From Paracoccaceae bacterium (GTDB lineage Bacteria; Pseudomonadota; Alphaproteobacteria; Rhodobacterales; Rhodobacteraceae): a stretch of DNA of 64,000 nucleotides. A program made the translations under genes and the position numbers. The stretch spans positions 5,391,436-5,455,435 of the forward strand of contig OZ241882.1 in the NCBI GenBank assembly GCA_965203255.1. The letters are read 5' to 3'. The notes under the pieces are model-generated. The model did no database searches and was not told the origin of the DNA. It saw only the letters and a program-made list of their open reading frames with translations. Positions 17,905 to 26,708 of the stretch are shown in pieces; within the stretch, counting starts at the first letter, position 1, and the number at the start of each line of letters is the position of its first letter.

Positions 17905-20175
17905 TTGTTGGGGGTGAGTATGGCCAGCATGGCTGACCGTAGCGGTGGCGAGAGCAGAAAGCTACTCGGACGTCTGCGGGATACTCTGGCGGAAGAGGGG
18001 CCTGCCCAGGCGCGGCTTGATCGAATCACGCACCTGATTGCGGACTCGATGAAGGCCGAGGTCTGCTCAATTTATCTGTTCATGGATTCCGACACGCTGG
18101 AACTCTGCGCCACCGAGGGTCTGAAGCGGGAAGCTGTTCACCAGACCCGGCTGCGTGTCGGTGAAGGACTTGTTGGCCGCGTCGCAAGGACAGCCGAGCC
18201 GGTGAACACCGCTGAGGCGCCTTCGACCCGTGGCTTCCGCTATATGCCTGAGACCGGAGAAGAGATCTATTCGAGTTTCCTGGGCATTCCAATCCAGCGA
18301 CTGGGTGAGACGCTCGGCGTTCTGGTGGTGCAGTCGAAAGACAGGCGCGTCTATTCTGAAGACGAGGTCTATGCGCTGGAAGTCGTGGCAATGGTTCTGG
18401 CGGAGATGGCCGAGCTTGGGGCCTTCGTGGGAGAAGGCGAGGCTCTGTCGGCGCCACACCAGCGGGCTGTATTGTTCCGGGGAACCGCTGCGCAGGAGGG
18501 AACGGCCGAAGGCCAGGTCTGGCTACACGAGCCCCGGGTTGTGGTCGCCAATCCGGTGGCGAATGATCCTGAGTCGGAACTCCCGCGGTTGGAGCAGGCA
18601 GTCGAACAGCTAAGAGTTGACGTCGACCAGATGCTCAGCAGTGTGAATCCAGCTGAGAAGGACCAGCGCGATGTGCTGGAAGCCTATCGAATGTTCGCGA
18701 ATTCGCGTGGCTGGATGAAGCGGATGGAGGAAGACATCGTACGCGGGCTATCCGCCGAGGCGGCTGTTGAGAAGGAGCAGTCGGCCGCTCGCGCACGCAT
18801 GCAGGTTGTTCCTGACGCCTATCTGCGGGAGCGGCTGCACGACTTGGACGACCTGTCGAACAGACTGCTCAGGATCCTGACCGGGCAGGGAGTCGATACG
18901 GGTGCCGAGATGCCGGAACACCCAATCCTCGTCGCCCGCAACATCGGCCCGGCAGAACTGCTTGACTACGGCCGCAGCCTGCGAGGGATCGCTTTGGAGG
19001 AAGGGTCGGTTGGCAGTCATGCCACAATTGTTGCCCGAGCGCTGGCCATTCCACTGGTCGTGCATGCCGAACGGATTACCGCTGAAGCCCTCAACCGGGA
19101 TCACATATTGATCGACGGCAATAGCGGTTTGGTCCACCTTCGCCCGGATGACAATGTTGTCAGCGCTTTCCGCGACAAGTCGGCGATGGAGGCGGAAGCG
19201 CAGAAGCGGTATGTGTCCCTCCGGGACAAACCGGCTCAAACCAGGGACGGAACCATCATTGAATTGCAAATGAATGCCGGGCTGATGGCCGATCTGCCAT
19301 CCATGGTTGGTTCGGGCGCTGAAGGTGTCGGCCTGTTCCGCACTGAACTGCAGTTTCTGGTCCGCAATCAGATGCCCAAACGCTCGGAATTGGCAGCGAT
19401 CTATTCCCGTGTCCTTGACGCGGCCCGCGGTAAGCCGGTTCAGTTCCGAACCCTCGACATCGGCTCGGACAAAGTCCTGCCCTATATGAAGCCAACCGAC
19501 GAGCCCAACCCTGCTTTGGGCTGGCGGGCCATCCGGGTTGGGCTAGACAAGCCGGGCGTGATGAGGATGCAGCTCCAGGCCTTGATCCGGGCGGCGAAGG
19601 GACGTCCGCTTAGGGTCATGTTTCCGTTCGTGGCGCAGTTCGATGAGTTCAAGGCTGGCAGGGACCACGTTCACCGAGAACTGGAAAGGGAGGCGACCCT
19701 TGGCCACATTCTCCCGGAAGTGGTCGAGATTGGAGCCATGCTTGAGACGCCAAGCCTCGCCTATGCACCGCGCCAGTTCTTCGATATGGCTGATTTCATT
19801 TCGATTGGCGGCAATGACCTCAAGCAGTTCTTCTTCGCGGCTGACAGGGAAAATGAGCGGGTGCGCCGCCGCTACGACACCTTGAATGTCAGTTACCTGA
19901 CATTCATCCAAAGAATCGTTGAACGCTGCGCTGAATCAGGAACACGGCTGAGCTTCTGCGGCGAGGATGCCGGTCGGCCGATCGAGGCGGTCTGCTTCGC
20001 AGCAATGGGTCTTCGGTCGCTGTCCATGCGCCCGGCGTCGATCGGGCCTGTCAAGCATCTGCTGCGCCAGATTGACCTCCACGAGGCGAAGTCGGTCATT
20101 GAGGCCGCTCGGGCCAACGGCAGCATGACGGTGCGACCTGCGGTGATGGATTGGCTCGCCAGTCGGGGGCGGTAG
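17905..20175 (+). CDS. ptsP: Phosphoenolpyruvate-protein phosphotransferase EI-Ntr with N-terminal GAF domain
   Basis: 756 aa. GAF-like N-terminus, GSHATIVARALAIP (phospho-His region), and a C-terminal PEP-utilising domain (LSIGGNDLKQF). Confidence 0.9.
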   Translation: MLGVSMASMADRSGGESRKLLGRLRDTLAEEGPAQARLDRITHLIADSMKAEVCSIYLFMDSDTLELCATEGLKREAVHQTRLRVGEGLVGRVARTAEPVNTAEAPSTRGFRYMPETGEEIYSSFLGIPIQRLGETLGVLVVQSKDRRVYSEDEVYALEVVAMVLAEMAELGAFVGEGEALSAPHQRAVLFRGTAAQEGTAEGQVWLHEPRVVVANPVANDPESELPRLEQAVEQLRVDVDQMLSSVNPAEKDQRDVLEAYRMFANSRGWMKRMEEDIVRGLSAEAAVEKEQSAARARMQVVPDAYLRERLHDLDDLSNRLLRILTGQGVDTGAEMPEHPILVARNIGPAELLDYGRSLRGIALEEGSVGSHATIVARALAIPLVVHAERITAEALNRDHILIDGNSGLVHLRPDDNVVSAFRDKSAMEAEAQKRYVSLRDKPAQTRDGTIIELQMNAGLMADLPSMVGSGAEGVGLFRTELQFLVRNQMPKRSELAAIYSRVLDAARGKPVQFRTLDIGSDKVLPYMKPTDEPNPALGWRAIRVGLDKPGVMRMQLQALIRAAKGRPLRVMFPFVAQFDEFKAGRDHVHRELEREATLGHILPEVVEIGAMLETPSLAYAPRQFFDMADFISIGGNDLKQFFFAADRENERVRRRYDTLNVSYLTFIQRIVERCAESGTRLSFCGEDAGRPIEAVCFAAMGLRSLSMRPASIGPVKHLLRQIDLHEAKSVIEAARANGSMTVRPAVMDWLASRGR

Positions 20176-20559
20176 AGACGATTGACCGTGCCGCCAGTTC
20201 AGGCTGGATTCATGTCGTGTCCACCATATTTTTCCACCGAAAGTTGCGGTTTTCCGGCCTCGGAGGAGTGGATTCAGTGGTTCGGCAGGGAGTTTCAGGC
20301 TGAAAACCCGAATTTCCGGGCAAATCACCCATACAACAGGCAATGGTCATGGTGGTCTGATGCAATGGCAGACAGATATTTCTCACCACAGGTCTTGCAA
20401 ACTTGGTGCATTCCACCGAAAGTTTTTAGCCTTGAGATGTCATGTGTGCGAAAATGTCAATGCCAAATGCATGGAAAGCATATGGCCGGTCTTGATATGA
20501 TCGCCCTATGGACGAAGCGACCACATTGAAGGCGAGCGTGTTCGTTCAGCTTGATTGAT

Positions 20560-20580
20560 GGTCCGGCCAATAGCCGGACC
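20560..20580. terminator. GC hairpin between convergent genes (possible terminator)
   Basis: GGTCCGGC-caata-GCCGGACC forms a perfect 8-bp stem. There is no clear U-tract. Confidence 0.3.
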
Positions 20581-20589
20581 ATGGTGGTT

Positions 20590-21112
20590 TTAGCCCCGGA
20601 TCAGCTTAAGCACCGCATCCCGAAGTACGACATGGTAGACTTTCTGGACGTTTTCGACTTCGGTCCCAATATCAAAGGCACCTGCACGGACAACTTTTTC
20701 GAAATCCGAATCCTCGGCAAACTTTTTTGTGACATGATTGACGCAAAGGTCAAAAAATCTCTAATTCTTCCTTGCCCTTGGCATCGTTAGCGAGGTCAGG
20801 CGCTTGCAATCTGGCCCATTCAAGCGCATTGACGGTTGCCGAAATCCTCTCTCCGTACTCGGTTAACCGAACCGGGCTGTTTCCCTCCACTGGTTTACGG
20901 GGAAGTCGGCCGAAAACCTGCTTGATGTCTTCACGGATTTCCTTGATGATACTTTCAACCGACCCGAGTCTGGAGTCGAGAGAATCCAGACGCTCATTGA
21001 CAGATCCGGTCCATCTTCCAACATTGAACAAGATAATCAGGATAGTGATGATCAATCCAAGGATTACCCACCATGGAGTTCCCGTCAACCATCCGGGCAT
21101 CTCAACAGTCAT
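20590..21112 (-). pseudogene. Hypothetical membrane/coiled-coil protein split by a frameshift in an A6/T6 run
   Basis: The ORF 20750-21112 ends ...KGKEELEIF*. Removing one base of the homopolymer at 20752-20757 continues it as DLCVNHVTKKFAEDSDFEKVVRAGAFDIGTEVENVQKVYHVVLRDAVLKLIRG* (stop at 20590-20592). Confidence 0.5.
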
Positions 21113-21374
21113 TTGCCCGTACGCCGTATCTTGACTGCCGTTATCGGTGGTTGCACCGCATTATCAAAGATATGCGCAGACAGGCTGACACCACCATTAA
21201 GGATGTTCACAGACATTGATTTCTTCTCCCTTTGTTTGTTTTCCACCAGTTGGCAGGATGCGCATCCATCCATCAAATTGATTGTTTGACCCACAATCCG
21301 CAATAGTGTCGACGCCAGTTGATAAATATATATTGCACGAATGAACCGAATTTAACAGTGGCTTGAAGCCGCAC

Positions 21375-21569
21375 GGGTGTATCCCAAGTTGGTTGATTTC
21401 CACAATTCGAAGGTGCCATCCCTTTGCTGTGGCGGGATCACGGATGACAGGCGAGCGGTCCGCCCTCCGGGGCAACGGCCATGGAGTGGGGACTACAGGC
21501 TGGCCGACCTCCTCGACTGGGAGGCGGATCATGCCGCAGCGACATAGTCAACCAACTTGGGATACACCC
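21375..21569. mobile_element. 195-bp MITE-like element with 22-bp perfect terminal inverted repeats and a 10-bp target-site duplication
   Basis: The TIR GGGTGTATCCCAAGTTGGTTGA at 21375-21396 is the exact reverse complement of 21548-21569. It is flanked by direct GAAGCCGCAC at 21365-21374 and 21570-21579. Confidence 0.7.
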
Positions 21570-21603
21570 GAAGCCGCACTGTTCCCTGAGCTTTCGAAGT
21601 CCG

Positions 21604-22413
21604 CTACCAGAAACCTTCGAAGCCAGGATCGTTCGATGCGATGTCGTCGGAAAATTCGACGGATCCCTGAACGGGTCCTCCTCTCCCTGATAATGGATGA
21701 CGGGCGCGGTACCTGTCGGTCGCCGGTCCGGCCCTATAGTCAATGGCATTCGGATAGCGATTCCCGGCGTTCGGATAACAGAAAGCCCCGCGCTTCGGGC
21801 ATCTGCCGGATGCCGGGGCCTTTTCCGGGGCTGTTCGGTGTGTGTTGAGCGGCGTGCAAAAACCGCCAGCGGGGGACAGGTGCGGATCCTTAAGGGTTGG
21901 TATCCTGGTTGACGCCGGTGCCGACGTCAACCTATCGCAGGGAGGCGGATTCAACCGGCCGCGGGATATAGGGGCAGGCAGCGCCGGCGTGAACGAGGCG
22001 CTGGCGCGGGCCGTCGTGCCGGACGGGCCGGCCTTGTCCACCTTGCCGATGATGACCAACGGGTTGGCCACGCGCCCGTCGGTCAAGGCGTCGAGGGGCC
22101 GTCCGGCTTGGACCGTCGACCAGCCGCGCTCGGTCCCCGTCAGCGAGAACGACGCCAGGCCTTTCGACGCGTCCAGCTCCACGGAGGAAACGTCCAGGAT
22201 GTCCGCCAGCCGGTGCGCCCGACCGGTTCCCGGCACAGGGCATGCCGGCACGGAGCGCCCCGGCGAGCCACTCCAGCGTCCGCCTATCAAAATGGCGGAG
22301 ACCGACCTGCATGCCCCGCCATATAGGCGAACCGAATCAGATATACAGGAGGGGACTTTTGTAAGCCCCGGCGGCGGCCGTGCCGCCTCGCTGTGCTGTG
22401 TGGTGCCGGTCAT
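21604..22413 (-). CDS. Hypothetical ORF inside a GC-rich foreign block
   Basis: The ATG is preceded by AAAGGAGA (a good RBS). No recognisable family, and high G+C inflates ORF length in every frame. Confidence 0.2.
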   Translation of the reverse strand: MTGTTQHSEAARPPPGLTKVPSCISDSVRLYGGACRSVSAILIGGRWSGSPGRSVPACPVPGTGRAHRLADILDVSSVELDASKGLASFSLTGTERGWSTVQAGRPLDALTDGRVANPLVIIGKVDKAGPSGTTARASASFTPALPAPISRGRLNPPPCDRLTSAPASTRIPTLKDPHLSPAGGFCTPLNTHRTAPEKAPASGRCPKRGAFCYPNAGNRYPNAIDYRAGPATDRYRARHPLSGRGGPVQGSVEFSDDIASNDPGFEGFW

Positions 22414-22841
22414 GGTCGGTCTCCTTTCATCCGTTATCTGGCGGCGGGCGCCGCCGCCGTCCGGTCCGACCCGATGCGGTCGGGGCCGGAAAAACCGGCG
22501 CCAGGGGAAACGCCGGGGTCGGATCTATCAAGGGACCCGCCGGTGGATGCCGATTTAGGCGGATTCGGTCCGGAAAATCAGGTTATCGCGCGATTTCAAC
22601 AACTTGGCGTCAGGTGGAAAGAATATTTTCGACGCGACAATTCAGTTCCGCTCTGGTTCCACCGCCGAAATTGACGGTTCCGGAACCGTTTTGGACTTTC
22701 GGGTGGGGGCTCTTCCGATCGCTGGTGTCGAGGCAAGCCGCTCAGATCAAGCTGGATTGGCAAGCCTGTTGTGAGGTCTTGTGATTGTAGTCATACGTGG
22801 AAAGACTAGAACCGATTTGATCCAACTCGAAAGGCGAATGA

Positions 22842-23375
22842 ATGATCCGCTATCATCCCGCACTTGTCACGCTTCACTGGCTGTTGGCGATACTGATAGT
22901 ACTCGGACTGGTCATGGGCGGACTGTTCCTTTCCAAAATACCAAATGATGATCCCGTCAAGCTATTTGGATTACGGGGACACATGACCTTAGGTATCGCA
23001 ATTCTGGTGCTGATGCTGATCCGGCTGGTGATACGGCTGCGTTCTGCGAGGCCACCACATGCCGATGCTGGGAATCCGCTATTGAACACCGTCGCCGTCG
23101 TGGTTCATTGGTCTCTTTACCTTACGGTAATTGCGATGGCCGTTTCGGGCGTGGCCCTTTCGATATCCGCTGGATTGCCCGCCATCGTGTTCGGCGGTTC
23201 TGGAGAGCCGCTTCCAGTCAGTTTTTTCGAGTTCCCACCACGTATGGTTCACGGGATCCTTGCCAACCTGCTGACAATCCTCATTCTTGCGCACATTGCG
23301 GGCTTTCTCTACCACCAGTTCATTCGCCGTGACGGACTGTTCAGACGCATGTGGTTTGGCGACCGCAACGCTTGA
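22842..23375 (+). CDS. Cytochrome b561 family protein (CybB-like)
   Basis: Four TM segments with conserved His positions (LHWLLAILIV, RGHMTLG, HWSLY, LAHIAGFLYHQF). Confidence 0.85.
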   Translation: MIRYHPALVTLHWLLAILIVLGLVMGGLFLSKIPNDDPVKLFGLRGHMTLGIAILVLMLIRLVIRLRSARPPHADAGNPLLNTVAVVVHWSLYLTVIAMAVSGVALSISAGLPAIVFGGSGEPLPVSFFEFPPRMVHGILANLLTILILAHIAGFLYHQFIRRDGLFRRMWFGDRNA

Positions 23376-23524
23376 TTGCATGCCCTGAATTGGCTGCTGC
23401 AGTTCGAGGTCAGCGAGTCATGTGAAAAACCCAGGGGGACTTGGTGGGAAAGGTGAATGCGGATCCTGGCCGTCGATGCGAATGGAGGTCTGCGGTCACA
23501 GGGGCGCACGAGCACGATCTTCTG

Positions 23525-24295
23525 CTAACCAGACCAGGGCCGCAGTCGTTTCCGAAATTCGCCGACCAGTTCGGCGTGACTCCTGTCTGCGTCGATGGCC
23601 AAGCGTCGAAGCCCGAAATGAGCAAGCGCGATTCTTCGGTAGTGGTGCGCATAGACGATGTTGATCGAAGCACCTGCCGCAGCGCCCAGAACCGCTGCAG
23701 CCTGTACGGCGAGCTTCTGCCCGAGGACAACTCCCAGCCTGGGAGCGACCCGGGAAATCAATGCCTGAAGAGCGGTCCCGGTCACTGCGGTTCGGACCGA
23801 GATGAATGACAGATCCAAGTCATTGTCTTGCTCAAGTGGCCCCGGTGCTGCGAACATCTGAATGCACTCAAACCGTATGCCATCCTCAGAGGTGTCGAAT
23901 CCGTGATCTATGGCCGCTCCCTGGATTCCGTGAAGCAGAACGGTGGTCGTAACTGGTAACTCGGCCAGCGTTCCCGGCAATCCGCTGAATCCTCCTGCGG
24001 CACCTAGGGTGGCGCTGGCGGCAGTTGTGAACCAGTTGGGGCTGTGGCCAAGGAGGGTTCTTGATTTGCAAGCTGCATCGAACGCGAAGTGCAATGCCCG
24101 TCCCGTGCCCCATTCAAGATTGTCACGCAGTGAGGAAGGAAGCCTTTGCAACAGGCCATCCATCTGCCCGTCCAACAGGGTGAGAACCCGCACAGCCCCG
24201 CTGTTGGAATCTCGATATTCCGCTGCAAGGTCATCCAGACGGGCGTTCGCGGTGTGACTGTCGATGGGTCTATCAAGAACTTCCACGGATGCCAC
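23525..24295 (-). CDS. EcsC family protein
   Basis: 256 aa. The overall pattern (LPVTTTVLLHGIQGAAIDHGFD...AAAGASINIVYAHHYRRIALAHF) resembles EcsC. Confidence 0.6.
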   Translation of the reverse strand: MASVEVLDRPIDSHTANARLDDLAAEYRDSNSGAVRVLTLLDGQMDGLLQRLPSSLRDNLEWGTGRALHFAFDAACKSRTLLGHSPNWFTTAASATLGAAGGFSGLPGTLAELPVTTTVLLHGIQGAAIDHGFDTSEDGIRFECIQMFAAPGPLEQDNDLDLSFISVRTAVTGTALQALISRVAPRLGVVLGQKLAVQAAAVLGAAAGASINIVYAHHYRRIALAHFGLRRLAIDADRSHAELVGEFRKRLRPWSG

Positions 24296-24337
24296 CCATT
24301 GCTACAGTCACAGACATTGGGGCTTTTGGATTTGGAT

Positions 24338-24823
24338 TCAACAGGCAGGCATCACTTTTCCGGAAATTCCATCCCAAGCACCCTGCGTCAGGGCCAGCCC
24401 CAGAACACGTTTGGGATTCGTGGGTGGCGGCATCTCAACCGCCTCCAGTCTGCGAAATCCGAAACGGCCGTAATACGGTAAGTCTCCCACCAGGAGCACA
24501 CGCTTCCATCCAAGCCTGCAGGCCCTTGCCAGACTGTCTTCGATGACAAGCGCACCAAGACCTTCTCCCTGCCTGGTCGGGTGCACTGCGATTGGGCCGA
24601 GCAGCAGTGCGGACCGCGTATCCACCGTCACAGTCCAGTAACGTATGGCCGCTGCGAGCGTTCCCTCTCCATCCCTCGCGACAAGACATAGCTTGGTGAT
24701 CGGATCCCGATCATCCCGCAACCGGTAGGATGACAATGCTCCTCGTCCAGGTGCAAAGCAGAGATCGAGGAGATCCTCGACTTCCCACCAATCCTCGGGT
24801 TGCTCGCGATTCAGGGTGTACAT
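24338..24823 (-). CDS. GNAT family N-acetyltransferase
   Basis: LLLGPIAVHPTRQGEGLGALVIEDSLARA is the acetyl-CoA binding motif (Q/RxxGxG/A). Confidence 0.8.
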   Translation of the reverse strand: MYTLNREQPEDWWEVEDLLDLCFAPGRGALSSYRLRDDRDPITKLCLVARDGEGTLAAAIRYWTVTVDTRSALLLGPIAVHPTRQGEGLGALVIEDSLARACRLGWKRVLLVGDLPYYGRFGFRRLEAVEMPPPTNPKRVLGLALTQGAWDGISGKVMPAC

Positions 24824-24870
24824 GACGAACCTGTTGAGATTTCGCTGGATTTGGCCCTATCACGCGGCTA

Positions 24871-25509
24871 GTGCGGGAACAACGAAACGAAGGAATTCGC
24901 CGGATGTTCTATCGCCCGGAAGAGGGCCATGGTCTGCGCCACAATCCGTTCAACGCCACTATAGTACCTCGCCCAATCGGCTGGATCTCGAGCTGCGACA
25001 GCAAAGGCCGTGACAACCTTGCGCCCTACAGTTTTTTCAACGGTGTTGCCTATTCGCCGCCCCAGGTCATGTTCGCCTGCACCTCCGGCAAGCCGGACCG
25101 GCCCGATACCAAGGACAGTGTCGCGAACATACGTGAAACTGGCTTGTTCTGCGTCAATATCGTCGAATTCGCCAAACGGGAAGCAATGAACGTGTCCTCC
25201 GGTACATACGGGATGGACATGGATGAATTCATGCTGGCGGGTTTGGACAAGGTGCGCTGTGAGACTATCGAGTGCCACCGTGTTGCGGAGGCTCCTGCGG
25301 CCCTGGAGTGCAGGCTGACGAAGATCGTGGAACTTCCAGGAAAGGCAAACACGGTTGTGTTTGGTATAGTCACCGGAATCCATCTACGCGATGATTGTTT
25401 GGTCGATGGAGTGTTCGATGTGCTGAAGTTCAATCCGGTTGGTCGTCTCGGCTACCGGGACTATGCAGTCGTACGCGACCTGTTCAGCTTGGCCAGGCCC
25501 GACGATTGA
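24871..25509 (+). CDS. Flavin reductase-like FMN-binding protein
   Basis: IVPRPIGWISSCDSKGRDNLAPYSFFNGVAYSPP is typical of the flavin reductase domain. Confidence 0.8.
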   Translation: MREQRNEGIRRMFYRPEEGHGLRHNPFNATIVPRPIGWISSCDSKGRDNLAPYSFFNGVAYSPPQVMFACTSGKPDRPDTKDSVANIRETGLFCVNIVEFAKREAMNVSSGTYGMDMDEFMLAGLDKVRCETIECHRVAEAPAALECRLTKIVELPGKANTVVFGIVTGIHLRDDCLVDGVFDVLKFNPVGRLGYRDYAVVRDLFSLARPDD

Positions 25510-25627
25510 GACTGCTGGGCAAGTGAGCATATTGACACCTATGACCACGATTGTGGTCTGGTGATCGGCATCGATGGCAGTTCACGACCTGAACAGCACG
25601 GAAAGCGAATTGGCGGAGTAAACGGAA

Positions 25628-26500
25628 ATGACGGAAACCGTGATCGGAATTATTGGTGGTTCTGGCGTTTATGCGATCGAGGGGTTGGAAAACGCCCGTT
25701 GGCGGAAGGTCGATACTCCCTGGGGGGCACCCTCCGATGAGATTCTCACTGGAGTGCTTGATGGGGTGGAAATGGCATTTCTGCCACGCCACGGAAGAGG
25801 GCATGTCCATTCGCCCACATCTGTGCCCTATCGTGCCAACATTGATGCGATGAAACGGATTGGTGTGACTGATGTGGTTAGCGTTTCGGCCTGCGGATCG
25901 TTCCGGGACGAGATGGCGCCCGGGGATTTTGTAATCGTAAATCAGTTCATTGATCGCACTTCGGCACGCGAAAAGTCGTTCTTTGGCGAGGGTCTTGTCG
26001 CCCATGTCAACATTGCTCAGCCGACCTGCGGACGCCTGGGCTCTGCATGCCTTTCGGGCGCGCGCTCAGAGGGCATCCGCGTTCACGCTGGAGGAACCTA
26101 TCTGGCGATGGAGGGTCCCCAATTCTCATCGCTCGCGGAATCAAGGATGTATAGGCAGAACTGGGGCTGCGACGTGATCGGCATGACGAACATGCCCGAG
26201 GCAAAGCTCGCTCGTGAGGCTGAACTCTGTTACGCATCGGTTGCCATGATCACGGACTACGACAGCTGGCATCCGGATTATGGGGAGGTCGACATCAATG
26301 ACATCATCCGCACGCTGAAAGGAAACGCGGACAAGGCGCGGGCTCTGGTCAAGCGCCTTCCGGGGTTGCTTGGCGTTAAGCGCCGTCCCTGCGGCGATGG
26401 TTGCGACCGTGCATTGGACTTCGCTGTCCTTACGGAGCCTGCAATGCGCGACGTCGAGATGTTGGTCAAACTCAGCGTAGTCGCGGGGCGTGTTCTCTGA
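25628..26500 (+). CDS. mtnP: S-methyl-5'-thioadenosine phosphorylase
   Basis: IGIIGGSG..., FLPRHGRGH, VSACGS and MTNMPEAKLAREAE are MTAP/PNP family signatures. Confidence 0.9.
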   Translation: MTETVIGIIGGSGVYAIEGLENARWRKVDTPWGAPSDEILTGVLDGVEMAFLPRHGRGHVHSPTSVPYRANIDAMKRIGVTDVVSVSACGSFRDEMAPGDFVIVNQFIDRTSAREKSFFGEGLVAHVNIAQPTCGRLGSACLSGARSEGIRVHAGGTYLAMEGPQFSSLAESRMYRQNWGCDVIGMTNMPEAKLAREAELCYASVAMITDYDSWHPDYGEVDINDIIRTLKGNADKARALVKRLPGLLGVKRRPCGDGCDRALDFAVLTEPAMRDVEMLVKLSVVAGRVL

Positions 26501-26708
26501 CGGATGCGATCCTGAAAGGCCCGCAGCATCCTCGCCCGGAAGCGAACCTGAACTGAGTATGGAGTTAGGTTGCCAGGATTGCGAGTGGATTGATCGGTTG
26601 CTTGACTAGGCCCTGATCCTCAATGGGCCTGTTTTGTGCTCCGAACGTTCACTGGAAGAGCGCTTGGCGTTTTCACAGCTTGCGACATTCGTGACTAGCC
26701 TTGTCTGA

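Noticed and set aside
20232-20424. A 14-bp direct repeat TTCCACCGAAAGTT (20232-20245 and 20411-20424) in the ~400-bp gene-less stretch after ptsP. I considered a small RNA or a binding-site pair.
   Set aside because: There are only two short copies and no flanking promoter or terminator structure I could support. It is worth a covariance-model scan but not a call.
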